A stretch of 63,597 bases of DNA, filler included, from Intoshia linei (GCA_001642005.1; 4 parts of 4 records of this genome joined end to end with filler, not necessarily neighbours in it), one strand, 5' to 3'. Positions 1 to 15,523 are shown, numbered from the whole stretch's first letter. Numbers and translations: made by a program. Notes: generated from the sequence alone by a model not told the origin.

Positions 1-3000
1 TAGTTAGTAATTTTTTTTATTATATTATTTTCTATTGAGTATTTTTATCAACTCTAAAATGCATATTTATCAATACACAATATATAAATTTATCGCTTTA
101 TAATATTATATATATAGAATGTAATCATATATAACTTTTACGTTAAGACTCGAATACAGTCAATTATTTAAACTGTTAAATTGTAGTAGGTAAATTTATA
201 AAAACAACTCAATAAATGTACATTTGGGTGTCCAGTGGACACCGTATTGTTTTTTTAAATAAAAATCTAGCTCATTCATTTTGAGTATATAATAAATATT
301 ATCTATAGTTTTTGGGACTAATTATGAGGAATTAAAGCATCTTTAAAAGCTAAAATAAATGAGCTAGAAATAAATTTAAAACAAAATGGTTCGCAAAGCA
401 TGATAAACACACCAAAAGAATTACCAAAATAGTATCCATAGAAACGCAATAAAAACTGAATATACATAAAATAAATTATATTTTAAAGTTATCGTAACAT
501 TTTTGTATAAATTTCAATAATTAAATTTGAGGGGGTAAATATCAACTGATTTTATTTTTTTTGGATGATAAATTCTTAAAATCAAAAAAGATATCCACAT
601 GCAAAATAGTTTTTCTAATAAAAAAAGTTGACACCCTAATCTACATTGTACAATAACCTATAATCCAACAAAATTCTTTTAGTTTGTAAAATTTAAATAC
701 ATTATTCACATTATTTAATATAATCTTAACTTATAATATAATACTTATATTATGACAGTATAGTATTATAATGGTTTATTTATCATATTTTATAGTTAGT
801 AATTATTTTTTTTTATAAATTGGTTACATTTTAATGTATTTATCGATACTAATTATCACCTTTAATAATTACATACAAAGCTGGTATGATACATATTTAA
901 ATAAGATAATATGTAACGTGTATGATTTATAATTATTATAATTCATTACGTTATATTTAATCTAATCACAAGACTCCGCGTAGGACTCTGTGCGTGTTTC
1001 ATATTCAAACGAATACAAATTAATTATAAATACATTATTAATGCAATTTATTTATTAGCTTGTAATTTTAATAATATGGATAGAAGTAGTTTTATTTTTT
1101 TGTTAAAATTATTGTACTTTATTCAATTTGAAAAGTTCATTGGTTATATCAACTTTTCTAGTAGGTAAATTATTTAAATGAAATAATTAAATATAATTTT
1201 TTTGACAATCATGCAAATTTTCCAGTTGGTAATATTTTGTCATTTTCTTAAAGTATTAGATTATACTAAATTATCAATTTCGTCAATATAGTCAGTAAAA
1301 TTTTTATTTTGACATACTTTAATAATTTAAACATGTTTAAATTAAATCATACTATAATTCTTTATAATCATTAGATTGTAATTTTTAATATCTATTGTAT
1401 TTAATTATTATTAATATATTATGATATATATTATTATATACTCTATAATTATCATGTATATATAATATTATTTTTAATATATTATTTATAGTTCGATGTA
1501 ATTTTTTATATATCGACGGTTAGATAGCCTTAATTTATACCAACCGTGTTGTTATCTATGTGGATAAGCCTAGATATCATGGAAAAACGAAAATATATAT
1601 ATACTATACATTATACATGTATAATGTATATATTTCTATATTAAATGATAATATCTAAAAAAGTTGGGAAAACTGCAGAACTCTGCAGTCTACCGATGTA
1701 AGTTATGTTGTTTTCATACCTTAATTTATATATTAAATGTGACAATTTATTATAGTAGGTATGTTTAAATCATTATTTTTTATATATCAAAATATATTCT
1801 AAATTTTATTTTTATCAATAGTTGTGTGTAATTTGCATTTATAAATTATGTTTAAAATTAAAATTAAAATCAAAACTGACGTTTTATATTTTTATAACTT
1901 AGACTAAGTCTTAGTACACTTTGAAAATTTTACACAGTTTAATTATCCGTCATTGTAAGTGCCTTACAAAAAATAATTAACTCATTTAATATAGTTATTT
2001 ACATAAAATGTAATAATACTGAATTACCACATTGTGGCATAATGTAATGATTAAGAAAACAAAACTTTTAATTTTGCTAGAAGTGATGGAAAAATTTTTG
2101 GCAAAAAGTGGGTGCTGATATGAAAACGTTTAGGAATCGATATACATGTATCTGTTATTTCCATCTTTTTATGCGTAAAGTGTCAATGAGTTGGCTACAA
2201 AGTTTGTAAACTATAAAAGTACATGTAATGATTTACATGTTAAATATTAACTTTATTATTATTTTATTAATTCAAATATTAACATATAATTAATTAATTT
2301 ATTATTAGTTATTTATTATTATACATTTGTTTTATTTTTACATGTCTTTATTCATTCAATCATAATAGGGGGTAAAATTTAAATATATTTGTATTTTCAA
2401 AAATATAAATAAAAGTATCATTCAAATACTAAGTAATTAATATAAACTAAATTAAATATTACCCTATTCACGAAAATCGAAACTATTACATTATTAACAT
2501 TTTGACAAATTTTAACGGGGTTCATATTAACAATTATTCGTCTAATTGAAAGTTTCTATAAATAGAAATGTCTAATATTTAGTATTTATTCACAGATCTG
2601 AATCTACCTATCGCAAGGTCACCGAAAATGAAAAATATTTCACAAATGATGCATAGATTACATGTGTTACATAGCCCTAGCCACCTATCAAAGGCTATCG
2701 AATTGACAATTTAAATTTTATACACAAAATAGTTATGATATTCAAGAATACAATTTTTAATGCTAAATTTGGAAAAATGATGTCTTGATTTTAATGTTTT
2801 TCAAATTAAAAAATTTCGTCAAGGCCTCCTGATGAGGTGCATCGGTAGAGTAGTTTCATTGCATATTCAGATCTATCAAAAATGGAAAGTTAGTTGAGAT
2901 AACACTTTTTACTATGTTGATTAAAAAAATAATATAATCTTTATTTTTCATGTTTTAGCTGGTAATCACTATATCAAAATCTAATATTTTCACATTATTT

Positions 3001-3092
3001 ATCAAAAAAGTTAATACATGTATGTAAAAATTAATGAATTTATTGTTTTTTTGTGTTAATCAACTCTATTGTCTTTGATTCTCTAATATAAC

Positions 3093-3243
3093 GTGTCCAG
3101 AAAAAATACGTACTATCACTTTTAGTTTATTTAGAATAAATTTTAAACCGAAAATTTTTTTTCGTCATTATAGATAAGTAGTTTTGGCTTGACATTTATC
3201 AAAAAATAAACTAAAATTGATAGTACGTATTTTTTCTGGACAC
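3093..3243. mobile_element. Short fold-back MITE (mariner-like)
   Basis: ~40-bp near-perfect inverted repeat GTGTCCAGAAAAAATACGTACTATCA.TTTTAGTTTATTT flanking a ~70-nt loop. Confidence 0.72.
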
Positions 3244-4302
3244 TTTATCTAATAGGCCTTGTATTATTAATTAACGATAATATTATTCACCATTAAATAA
3301 ATAGCATATTACAAGAAAATAAATAATATTACAGGAAAATATAGCATATTACTATTATAAAATTATAAACTGAAACTGGATTAATTGTCTATAGAGCAAA
3401 GTTTATTAACTAACGCTTAGTTTAACAAAATCACTTAAAGCTTAAGTTAAACGCATTCATTATTTTCTTAATTAATTATTTAATTTTATCCAATTCAATT
3501 ATAAATTCTAAATCATTTTTTAATCTCTTATTTTACTCTAATTAATTAGGTTAAATAACCATTGATAATAGCAATGAATAATAATTGATAATTGCAAATT
3601 GCCTGAAATACAACTTTATTAAGTTGCACTATTAAGTTTATGTAGCTTTATTTTAATTCCTAGTAAACTATTAAATTAATGCAAAAATTCATTAGTTATT
3701 ATCAAAAGCATTATTCTTGTGCATTATATTATAAATTTTCCTGTAATACTCTAATTTTAATGTTTAATCCTATTTATTTGATGCTCCATAATTATGAAGC
3801 CTTATTAATTTACTGTGGATTTGAATAACAATTATATTTAAAGTTCAAACCAGGACAACCATTCCATCAATTTGACAGTAAAGTTATTGATACTCATTGA
3901 TACTACAGGCTGTAGTAAAAAAAACTCCTCTTCGAGTTCATGCATTAGAACAAAACTCGTATCATAATGTGAAACTTTATACACTAGACACGTATATGAC
4001 TAATAGAGGTAAAGAGATAAAGACCTATACTTAATTTATACCGTTAAAACAATAATTTCGTTGCTATAAATTTTATCAGTTTATTATATATTTAATATAT
4101 AAAGCAAGTAATTTATTCTATCATGTGTAAATATCTAAAGTGTACATTAATACTGTATATTGTATTATATAACTACAATATTCTCTCTATAATTTGATAA
4201 TATTTCTCAAGTCGCAACAGTGTCAAATTTTAGATAATATTGTATTATTATAATAATACAAGTATATATTATTGTATAATTTCAATATCCTAATAAAATA
4301 TA

Positions 4303-4929
4303 CAGTCAGGTCTCTCAATATTGACATAATTGTAATGGTAAATTATATAAATAAATTAAATTCATAAAAAAAGGTAAATCGTTTACAGTATTTATTTTGT
4401 GAGTAGGTTTTAATTCGCTGAGGACCAGAGTATAAAAAAATATTAAACAAGATTCTAGTAGATTCTAAGTAGATAAAACATACTTTATGGTTTTAACCAT
4501 AAAGATGCAACTTTTAAAGTGCAATTTATGATAATGCGAATGCTGATGATTTTAAAACTGTCTCATAATTTACGTTTCTTAAAATTCTAACACTCTGCCC
4601 ATTTTTTATAAATAGGAAAATTTTAATTTTTAGCCGATAAGGTGCGAGTTTTTTAATATAAAATTTATATTATTTACTGCGCTTTATAATATGGACTTAG
4701 AATTTTTGATTTGAAATTTCTGGAACAGTCATTTATCTAACTTAAAGTTACGCACACAGAAGGACACATTTTTAACATTTTCTATTTTATATAGGTAATG
4801 ATATTAATGGTATAATATTAAAAATTGTACGGTGTTGATTAAATTTACTCACTATTTAAAAAATAATCAATGTAAATCCATGTATTTACATATTTTTTAA
4901 AATTGTGGCGATATAGATAGGCCTAACTG
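4303..4929. mobile_element. Tc1/pogo-type MITE
   Basis: TA|CAGTCAGGTCTCTCAATATTGACATAATT ... AATTGTGGCGATATAGATAGGCCTAACTG|TA: imperfect ~29-bp TIR with TA TSD. Confidence 0.65.
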
Positions 4930-7900
4930 TATAATAAAATAGCATAATAAAATGATTTAATAGCAAGTAAATTAATTATTATTTAATGCTATTGTCTATT
5001 AACTGTTCATTTAACATTATTCAAAATAAAGTATAGAAATATTCAGAAAGTCACAAAGTTAATTTAGTTTTAATAGTTAATTAACTTGAAGTTTTTCCCT
5101 TTTAACTTAAACATCCGGGCATATACTATATTTTTTACCTTTAAGAGAAAAATGAATAAAAATTTTTTTCAATGGGTTAAAATCACATAGAAATTTAAAC
5201 TGTACTCAAGCCAAACTTTTTAACCCTGGTTTCCTCAATTATATGATTCTTTAGTGAATTAACATGTAAATTCAATTTTTCATCTGAATTTAACCTGTTT
5301 TGTTTTTTTAAATATGTAAAAAATTTTTAGTATTCTTAAAACAATAACACACATTTCGTCATCACTCTTGTGTTACATACAATGTATTAATTTTATAAAT
5401 AAATAATTTTATTATGTATTTATTAGAAAGTAAAATTATTATAAAATTCCCTGAAATGTATATAGAGGTCGGCAACCAGAGACTAGTGGACCAAAAATGG
5501 TCCACAGAATAATTTTTGGTGGTCCATTGAGTAACTATGTGTATTATTTGTATTTACATTTTTATTAATCAATATATAACCGTAAACTAATACTGAGATT
5601 CAAATTTTAATTGGAATGTATTGTTATGTATAATATATTGTATTAATTAAATTTAAATGATAAATTTATCAAAATTAATCCTGCTTTGATATGATTAACT
5701 TAAAAAATGTATTTGTTTGTATAGTTAATCTGAGTATCATGTATCATGTGTAAATATTCAAAAACGGTTCTGTAGAATTTATTGATATAAAAAAGTGGCC
5801 CACGTTATGCAAAAAGTTGTGACCCCTAATATAGCTATGCAGTATTTGAATAAATTGAATTTTTTACTTATAGCAGGTAAATGAATCATAAAAAAACTAA
5901 TTAGTCTTGTGGATCATTTAATTAAATCTTTTTTAAGTTAAGTGAACTCTAGTAGGTGATAGTTTAGTGTTAAACTAGGGATACGATAAAATGGTTGTAA
6001 TTTAATTATATTTTTATTGGTCACCTAATAAAATTTAATTTAAGTGATATTAAAAATTAAATTAAAATAAATCCATTTTAATTTTTTATTATGACAACTT
6101 TTATTGATTGATGAGGAGTCCTCATTGAGGAGTGCCTGTTTAATATTTTACTAAATTTTCTAAATTTTTTAAATTTGGGCAATTTTACATTGAAATGTGA
6201 CTCACTGTATATTTGATAAAATTCGCAGAAAAGTTATAAACATTTGATGTATATCATTTTGAAACAGAAAACCAGTGAATGCACCATCAATGAATACTTT
6301 CCTTACAATAAATAAATAACTTAGTTTGTAAATTTATTACTTTCTTAAATTATGTAAATAATTTCATAAAATTTTTTAATATTTTAATATATTTAATTGT
6401 AGTAAGTAATTTTCATTTAACTATAAATCGCATTATTGTAATATATAATTTATAACTATATACCGGGGTCCTCATCTTCGTGCAGCGATGAAATTTAAGT
6501 TTTATGATACAATATTTATTATAAATTTCATAATTGCAATCAAATTAATTGCAATAAAACTATAAATTCCTCCAGACTAAAAATTATTTAAAATTTGTTG
6601 CTGAATTTATTTTTTTTAATAAATATATAATCTTTTCATATAAAAAAAGTTTCATTTATGTTTTTGACTCTGAAAACGTTACCCTTGAAATTCTGTATTA
6701 GAAATTTGTTTTTTTATTTCAAAGAAATTTAAAAAATTTTAATTAAACGGTAGTATACATAAATATATTCAATGTTATTTAAGTACTTGATAAACTTGGT
6801 GCTGCCAAACTATTAAAATTATAAATGGGCCCATCCGTTAGAAAGGGTTAAGACTTCTGGTATACACTGTAGAAGCCAATTGTAGCTATTTCATTTGGAC
6901 ACAATGGTTTAGATCACTATAAATGGTTTATAAAAATTTATTTAAAGTTATCGATTCGAACATAGTTACATAGAACCTTAATTACAAATGTTTAAAGTAA
7001 AATTTACAAAAAATGAGTGTAACTATATATTGACAAAACTGAGAGTTTTAATCATAATTAATATCATTAATTTGATTGATGATTTATCCATTAATTTTTT
7101 AAAAATTAAAAATATGTATCACTTCTAATGCAGTTATTTCCGGTTAACATATACATGTATCATATAAATCTCACAAAATTACGCCTTCATGGCCAAAAAT
7201 GCAATTTATGGGTAAATCTTATTCTAATATACTGGTATAATATACAATGTATATTATATATGTTATACATCATGAATTCTTATTAATATAATTAATATTA
7301 ATATATCTTCTAAATTGATCACCATGAGCGAATTAATCATTTATATTTTTTGATTAACATGTACAGAATTATTAATTTTACATTTCAATCATTATAAGCG
7401 GCTTTTACTCTTTAAGCTACCATTATTACCCTATAAATTGTGAAATTTTTACCCAATTAAAAACATTTCTCTTTAAAATTAGGAAGTAATTAATTTCTGT
7501 ATTAGTCATTTTTCAAATATATATTGATAATATATTAGTATATTCCACATTAATGTACATTTATTACGTTATATGTTATAATAAATTGTATAATACATTG
7601 ATCATCGAGTTATGACATAAATATAATTTATCTTAATTTTTAGTATGTAATTATTAATATTTAATATAAATTTTAATTTTTGATTTCTTTTTATATCATA
7701 ATACATGTACTACATGTAAGTCATTACTCTTAGTGTCATGTAAAGAGTTATTTTTTCCCATCAACCTCAATATAAAATTTGTCAAATTTAAAATATTATA
7801 AATATTAATATCAAATGGAGACTGATATTTATAATTCTAAAAATAGCACTTAATGGCGCTCGAAATGAATTAATTCCATTTTAATAAAAGTGTAAAAGTT

Positions 7901-9019
7901 TTTATGTTTTCAAATCAATCAAACTTATTTTTATTTTAAAAAAAATTTCCCCTAATTTTCAATTATTTCAAAATTTCACAATTAATGTTCATGACTACAT
8001 GTATAAAAAGGTATAAGATAAATATATTTAAAATTCTGAAAAAAATATTTTTAATTGTAATATCAATTCCACTTTTCACGACACTGCATTGTCTATTTTT
8101 TTAAACAAGGTAATTGAAAATTTATTCTAACAGTCAGTAAAATATTTATACATTAAAACTTAAATAATTTATATTAAAACAAAACCAATTTTACATATTT
8201 TTTTATACATTTTATCCTAGTCGGTAAATGAAATACATGTATAAACATTATATTTTTTTCAATGTTTTTATTATTTATTTTTAAATTCAATTTGGTTCAG
8301 ATGGTAATTATTCACACGAATACTAATAATAATTATGATAATGTATCAGAATAATGATTAACATTTTTTAAACAATAGGTGGTAAATTTTATTGATCATG
8401 TTTTAATTGTTTGATAATTATTTACGATAAAATTTGTATTACATTGTATATATTTACATCTCCAATTTAAATTTTACCATATATTTTAGAAATCAGTATG
8501 TTTTCTTGATATCATTTTTTTTATTATTTAAATCGATTCTGATACACATTTTAGACGGCAAATTTCACAGTAAGTTCTTTATTTGTGGTATGAGAATGAG
8601 TACACTGGAGAATTAGATATTAGATTATTCTCTCTATTATATATTCAAAAGTTCATCAGTAATTGCTAAAATTTTTTTTTGTGTCAAAATAATATAAACG
8701 TAATATAATTAATATAAATCATAATGAAATTCAGCTCAATGAAAAAATAATAATTATTTTGATTCTAATCAGATTGTAATATTTTATGTCTACAATATTC
8801 TATGTGTAAAATTAAAGGAACCCTCAATAAATGTGTAAATAAAGGTTGACAGAAATATAGGTTAGCGTCATGTAGATATCTTTGAGAAACAACATTTTTG
8901 ACAAAACTGTAATTCGTATATATAATCTTACAGAAATTATACAACATGGGTATAAGGTTGATGAAATTTTAAGGAATTAAAATTCGTAACTGTTGGACCC
9001 ATACAAGTTGTATGGTTGT

Positions 9020-9440
9020 AAGTTGAATTATAATGATATAATTAAAAAAAGTTTGTTGCATCATATGTATATTTTTTCACTGTTAGGTGTTCTACCATAG
9101 AATTCACTCCTAAAGAGCAACCTTTTTACTTCTATTAAAAAAATTCATTTACACTATTTCTCATATTCTTTACGGTTGAAGTAACGACAGTACCATAAAT
9201 ACTTTCAAATGCATATAAAAATTAGATCGGTTACATGTATTGACGGTGAATTAGATAATGACACCGTTAATCGACTTGAAATTAATAATAATCAAAAGAT
9301 AATATAATAATAATAAATTTTAGTTTAAAATATTATGCGTATTTTTAAATTGCTAAGCGGGCCGATGTTTTTGTCATAATATTAAAAACAAACACCGCAG
9401 ATGTTATTTTTATTGCATTTCTCATACCGTACGGCCCTGT
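9020..9440 (-). repeat. Dispersed repeat; inverted copy at 13167-13590
   Basis: Ends in ...ctcataccgtacggccctgTA, whereas 13167 begins TAcagggccgtacggtatgag. About 400 nt of reverse-complement similarity. Confidence 0.75.
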
Positions 9441-9545
9441 ATTTTTTTATTTTCTAAAATTCGATCAAAAAGTTAACACCCTATTATACATACAGTCGAT
9501 TATACATACAGCAAAATTGTAAATTTAACTTTAGTACATATAGAT

Positions 9546-10584
9546 CAGGGGTGCACAACCTTTCCACCAATTCAGCCACAATGCTACTTTTCTCATTGGT
9601 GCCTCGGCCGCACAAAATTTATTTCGACATTGAGAAAGTTTACTCTGGAATCCAGAGTCTGAACCTAAATTTTAGGTCTAATAAAATAGTTTTCTTTAAG
9701 TTTTAATACATTATTGTATCAGCAAGTTTTAATTAATAATTTTCAATTAAAATTAATTCTTAATTCACTCATATATATTAACACCACATTTGTCATTTAT
9801 CTGAATCTGAATAAATAGCAATACAGTAATAGTAGTAGTATTAATGTAGTAGGATTAATGTAGTACTTCTCATGATTGCTTCTCGTGAATACGAAAATTT
9901 AGATGATTGTAGGCTAATCTACAATTTTTAACATATTTTATTAAATCATCCAATTTAATATAGTCTTATAAGAAAAAAGCAAAATTTTACCAACCCTTAA
10001 GGAAGAAATCCCTTTTTACCAATATTTTTTTTAAAAATCTATTTTTACCAAAGTTTTAAAATAAAAACTACCTTCTCTGATTCCAAAAGAAAAAATCAAA
10101 TTTTACGAACCCTTAAGAAAAAAAATCGCTTTTACCAATATTTTTATGAAAAATTCCATTTTAATAAATTTTTAGATCAATAATTCTTCTGACTGATTCC
10201 ATAAGACCAAACCTGATTTTAAAAAAATTAACTAATAAACTAATAACTAATAACTAATAACTAAAAAAAAAGATAACTACTAATATTTTTTTGAAAAAAC
10301 CTTAATCATTAATTTTTCGGTAAATAATTAATAATAATAATTGGACAACAGAAAAAAATTCCATTAAAACCGATTTGTTCATACATTCGATTTGTTGCCT
10401 TAATATTGTGTTCTATTAGCTAACATTTGAGAAACTGTGGCAAAGTCAAGAATGTAACTTTTTCATTAAAATATTTGAAATAGACCTTGAATAAAATCTC
10501 ATTTCAACTTTTCAATTTAAAGTAAAATGATGTAATGTAAAATAATCAGATGTATTGCCCACGGCCGCACGTTGTGCACCCTTG
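9546..10584. mobile_element. hAT (Charlie-like) MITE
   Basis: TIRs CAGGGGTGCACAAC / GTTGTGCACCCTTG, sub-terminal CGGCCGCAC motifs, TSD ATATAGAT / ATATAGGT. Confidence 0.78.
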
Positions 10585-13500
10585 ATATAGGTAATCAAAA
10601 CTTCATATTACATTTTAAGTATAGATAATTCTGTTGAAATAAGAATTATTATTTTTAATAAATTATTTTATACTAAATATTAATGAAATTTTATTTCAAA
10701 ACTTAATTGATTCTAAATATTAATATTCCCTGATCCGAGTGTGTTGTGCTCCGTACAAACAACATCTATTTGTATGTATACAACAGGGTTCTCAACCTTT
10801 TTTGAGAAGGGCCAGATTTATCAATATAAAATAATTTAGGACCATCGAGGACAACAATTTTTATTTTATTGATAGAAAATTTATAAAAGAGTAGTTGACA
10901 ATTAATGAGAATTGATTTTTGGGGGTTAATAATTGAAATATCGGTAAATTCAAATTATTAAAAATAATCGGCGGACCACGAAAAATATAAAAAGGCTATA
11001 TTTGAGAATCACTGATATACAGTAATCGATAATGGAATAATAATTTATACAATAAGAATAAAAAAGATAAAATTTACTCATATTTACATTTAAACTACAT
11101 TTTTTGTATATAATTCCTGATTCCACTTTATTTATTTTTTTGATTTTATCAAACAAATTTATACTTTCTCTTAATTTTCATTATCCTTAGTTTTCAAACG
11201 TGACGCCAAATTACCTTTATTTATTAGTTGTAATTTAAATTTGTCTTAGTTATAACAAAAATAGCACAAAATTATTGTGCAATTTGCTGTATTTATAATC
11301 AAGATTTCACTGTATTTTTATTTTACGCCATCAAATGTTACATTTGAATTATTTTTAAATTTATTTATTCATTTTTATAATTGACTAATTGTTGAATATA
11401 TCATACGTAAAACACCTTTTTATTATGCAAATTTTTATTAATATCGACTAATTATTTTGATAATATTCATCATAATTTTTGAATAATTAGCGGTAAACAT
11501 AGCTTATTGATAGACTAACGGTGTCAGCTCTCCGCAGTCCAGTGTACTTACATTTATATACATTTTTAGCTCACATAAAATATTTTTACTTATTTGTATA
11601 TTTGATAATTTTTAACAGTGCGTAAATTAAGACTTTCAATTTAATATAAAATTAATTGTAATCATAATTATGTAATATAATATTACACCATAATTTATTA
11701 TAATACTATGTACTACTTTTAACTTCAATTATTAAAACAGTCTTGAAGTATTTAATTTTTGATTATTTTATATTTTAGTTAGTAAAATGTTATTATGTAG
11801 ATTAATAGTTTTGTAATTTCCACAATTTTTCATAATATCATTTTTTATAAAAATTGTTTTGAAGTGTTAATTTTGTGAACCGCTTAATTGATTTCGGCCA
11901 CATCCTAATCCTAGCGGTATTATAACACCGGACAATAAAATGTATATTCTAAAAGATAGAAGGAAATATAATTCCTAATTACTGTAATAATATCATATTA
12001 ATATTGTTTTATACAAAGAATTATTGCATACTTTATATCTTAAACGATCTAATTTGGGTAACTAATATTTGGTAAATACATAATAAATATGGTGAATCTT
12101 TTTAAATATGGTTATACATTTTTTCAATTTAACCTTTACGAAAAAATGCTCAAAATAATTTACATTTGATAAAGTAAGATTTTTTTGATTTTATTAGAAT
12201 TAATATACAAATTAGACAATAATTATTTAATTTTATACAATAAATATAAAAAGTGAAAATAAAAACGTTCATTATATAAATATATTATTTACTCATTTAT
12301 TTTACGCATTAAAGTATAATATTAAATGTACATATAATAAGTAATAATATATAATATTATGTATATATACAATAATCTTAATATTTTTAAGAGAGTAAAT
12401 TTCAATAATAATCAATAATCAATGAAAAATGTATTATAAAACAGTTAAAATTGAAATACAACTGGAATTTTTGGATATTTGGATTGAGGTACAAAAACGA
12501 TTGCTTTGCACCTATATATAATGTTTCAACTTTTATTATTAACAATGGGATCACAATTTTTATATTAATTCAAAATCCGTTTAATAGAAAAATATTGAGA
12601 AGCAATATACAAATTTTATACGCTAAGACATATAACACATATCATTAATATTAATATTTATTATAATAGAATGTAAACCTTCATTAATTGTTTTAATATA
12701 TTTCCATTTCCGATCGGACAGTTTTAAACATTTATGTTCTAATACATTTTAAATTTTTAATTAATATATCGGCTAAATGAAAATAAATTTTTTAGTTTGA
12801 AATTTAGTAACACTATTTGACAATTTCAATGTTTTATTAATACGACACAATCTTGTGAGAGACTTTAAAAAACTGAAATATCGAGTTGCGCTATTTTTGA
12901 AACCAAGTGTAAAGATATATTTCAAGTGAAAAATTTGATAATAATTATTTTTTTTAGTTTGTATATATAGTAAGGTTTAACTNATGTTTTATTAATACCA
13001 CACAATCTTGTGAGAGACTTTAAAAAACTGAAATATCGAGTCGCGCTATTTTTGAAACAGACTGTAAAGATATATTTCAGATAAAAAATTTGATAATAAT
13101 TATTTTTTTTAGTTTGTATATATAGTAAGGTTTAACTTTTTTATCGAATTTTAGAAATTTAAAGAATACAGGGCCGTACGGTATGAGGAATGCAATAAAA
13201 ATATTACCTGTAGTGTTTTTTTTAATATTATTACAAAAACTTCGGCCTGTTGTGCAATTTAAAAATACCCATAATATTTTGAACGGAAATTTATTATTAT
13301 TTTTTTATGATTATTATTAATTAGTATTTTTACGATGTCATTATCTAATTCACTTTCAATGTATTAACCTATCTAAATTTTGTAGGTCTTTGACAGTATT
13401 TATGGTTCTATCGTTACATTATCACATAAAGAAACTACTGGGAAACTGTATAAATTCATTTTTTTAATAGAAGTGGAAAGGTTGACTCTTAAAAATTGAA

Positions 13501-13719
13501 TTCTATGGTAGAACACTTAACAGTGAAAAAATATCATAATCATGAAAAATACTTTTTTTTGATGATTGTATCATTATTATACAACTTACAATCATACTTA
13601 TTGACCGTTATCTACTTTGTAAAAACAGCAGTTAGCTCAACCAAGGCTGGACTTTTTAAATTCTACCAAAATATTAAATGCAATAAAAAAATTTTACATA
13701 TAAAATGCTACTAATCACT

Positions 13720-13973
13720 ACAGTATTGTTTCCACAACTCGCCAACTTTATAACTCGCCATTAATTTAAAATATAAACTAAAACCTTTAAAATCATTTTT
13801 CAATATAACTGAAGTTATTTTGTATTAAATTTTACAATTTGTATTAAAATGTACATTTTATTGCAATTTAACCTTTAATTTAATGGTTTTATCTATTGTT
13901 TCTATAGCTTTAAATTCAATATCTCCCCAACTTTTTCTAAGTCCCAAGAATGGTAAGTTATAGAGAGAATACT
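13720..13973. mobile_element. pogo-like MITE (second copy ~44214-44420)
   Basis: TA|CAGTATT... start and ...GAGAGAATACTG|TA end. The left end (ccacaactcgccattaatttaaaatataaac) recurs at 44214. Confidence 0.6.
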
Positions 13974-15089
13974 GTATTACCTATTCCTCGACAGAACTAA
14001 GTATTGTTTGTACAAAGTAAATAACAGTCAAACTGGTTTCTTAATATATACTTTTCAAATATGTTTTAATATTTTTGAATCTTTTAGCAAGTAATTTATT
14101 GGCATAATTTATTAATTAAAAATATTTGAAAAGTAATTAAACCAGTATAGTACCTTTCCAATAAATAAAAAAATTTATCGTTGGATTTTAAAACATTTCA
14201 TTAATTCATCATATAATTTATTTTTTACGTTCTATCACACTATTAGATCTCAACTTTGATTAATTCACTTGAATACGATTTTAAATTTATCGAAATTGGA
14301 AAATAATTTAAAGTCTAAATTATAATTTTTTTTTTTAAATTGAAAAAATTTGTGCTTTTTGTTAAAGTGAGAAAATGGCATGGAAATCATTTTTATGAAA
14401 TAAAAATGTCATCTTAACATACTGACTACATTTCCATTGATTAAAAATCGTCCCTTAATGGTCGGAGGTGCGGTTCTATATTATAGAAATAAAAAAAAAA
14501 ATTAATTTTTAAAGAATCTATAACAAAAATTATTACAATGGAAAGTTGACACTTTAATATTTGAAAAAATAAATTAAATTCACTAGCCAAAATAGAATCA
14601 TTTTTGGTAAATTTAAGCCGAATTAACAAATATGTCATAAATTTATTTTTAATTATAGTCAATGTATGTAAGGGTTAATAATCATTAATCATTCATCAAT
14701 ATAAATTATTTCATGTGTATCAAAAAATTTCAAAATAATAGATAAATGGGCGTGTGTATAGTACAATGTATAATTGTCAGGGATGGCCGATTTGCTATTA
14801 ATAACAGCTCTGAGCTGATAATGGCAAACATCACTGCTGTTCAAATAAAAATCATATATTATAAATATAATATTATAATAATAGCGTTTTTCAAAAAAAT
14901 TATATTCACGTTTTAACCCATATGGTCACAAAAAAATGAAATATTGAAAGGTGAATAACGTTAATATTACGCAAAGTATACTTCTTTTTTTGTGAACATA
15001 CTTAATGCTCGTTTATATTTATATAAAATTTTTGATACACATTCGTTTAAAATTAGTTAAGTGTATTATTTTAATAATATATATTGAGG

Positions 15090-15523
15090 ATATATAACAT
15101 TTTTTGTTTTAAAAAAATATTTCGGAAAAAAATATATATGAATGCTAAAATACTTTTTTGACTGTGAAAGCGTCACTTATTCAAATTGAAATTTTTTTTT
15201 GTGTGTTAACAGAATACAACTGTACCACCTGTAAATTTTTTTAAATTCTAGGGCTATTTTCATTAAAAAAAAAAATAATTTGGGGTTTTGGCCTTGAAAA
15301 TATATGTTTTTTTAAATTCTCCAACTTTTTTGATTTTCAAAAAAAGGACAATTAGGCTTTTTAATTCGTAAGATGTGAGTTTGAGAGGTTGAAATTTATT
15401 TTGACAACACACCGGAAAAAACTGTAATTGAAATATGGACTTTATGAAATTCTAAGACTGGTAGTTATTGAAATAAACGGTAACACACACACAGACAAAC
15501 AAAGCATTTTATATATGTAAGGA
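15090..15523 (-). mobile_element. Helitron 5' part
   Basis: Similar to 19920-20414 and to the reverse complement of 23029-23620; ends in acacacagacaaac...atgtaagga. Confidence 0.7.

Noticed and set aside
10230-10265. (AACTAAT)n run resembling a telomeric repeat
   Set aside because: Only ~5 units inside a MITE; a simple microsatellite.
12829-13137. ~153-nt direct tandem duplication
   Set aside because: The two units are separated by a single N (12983), so this is most likely overlapping contig ends or haplotypes.
9020-13590. 4.5-kb region bounded by ~400-nt inverted repeats as one large transposon
   Set aside because: The TA-CAGGG termini point inward, so these are two independent copies rather than TIRs of one element.
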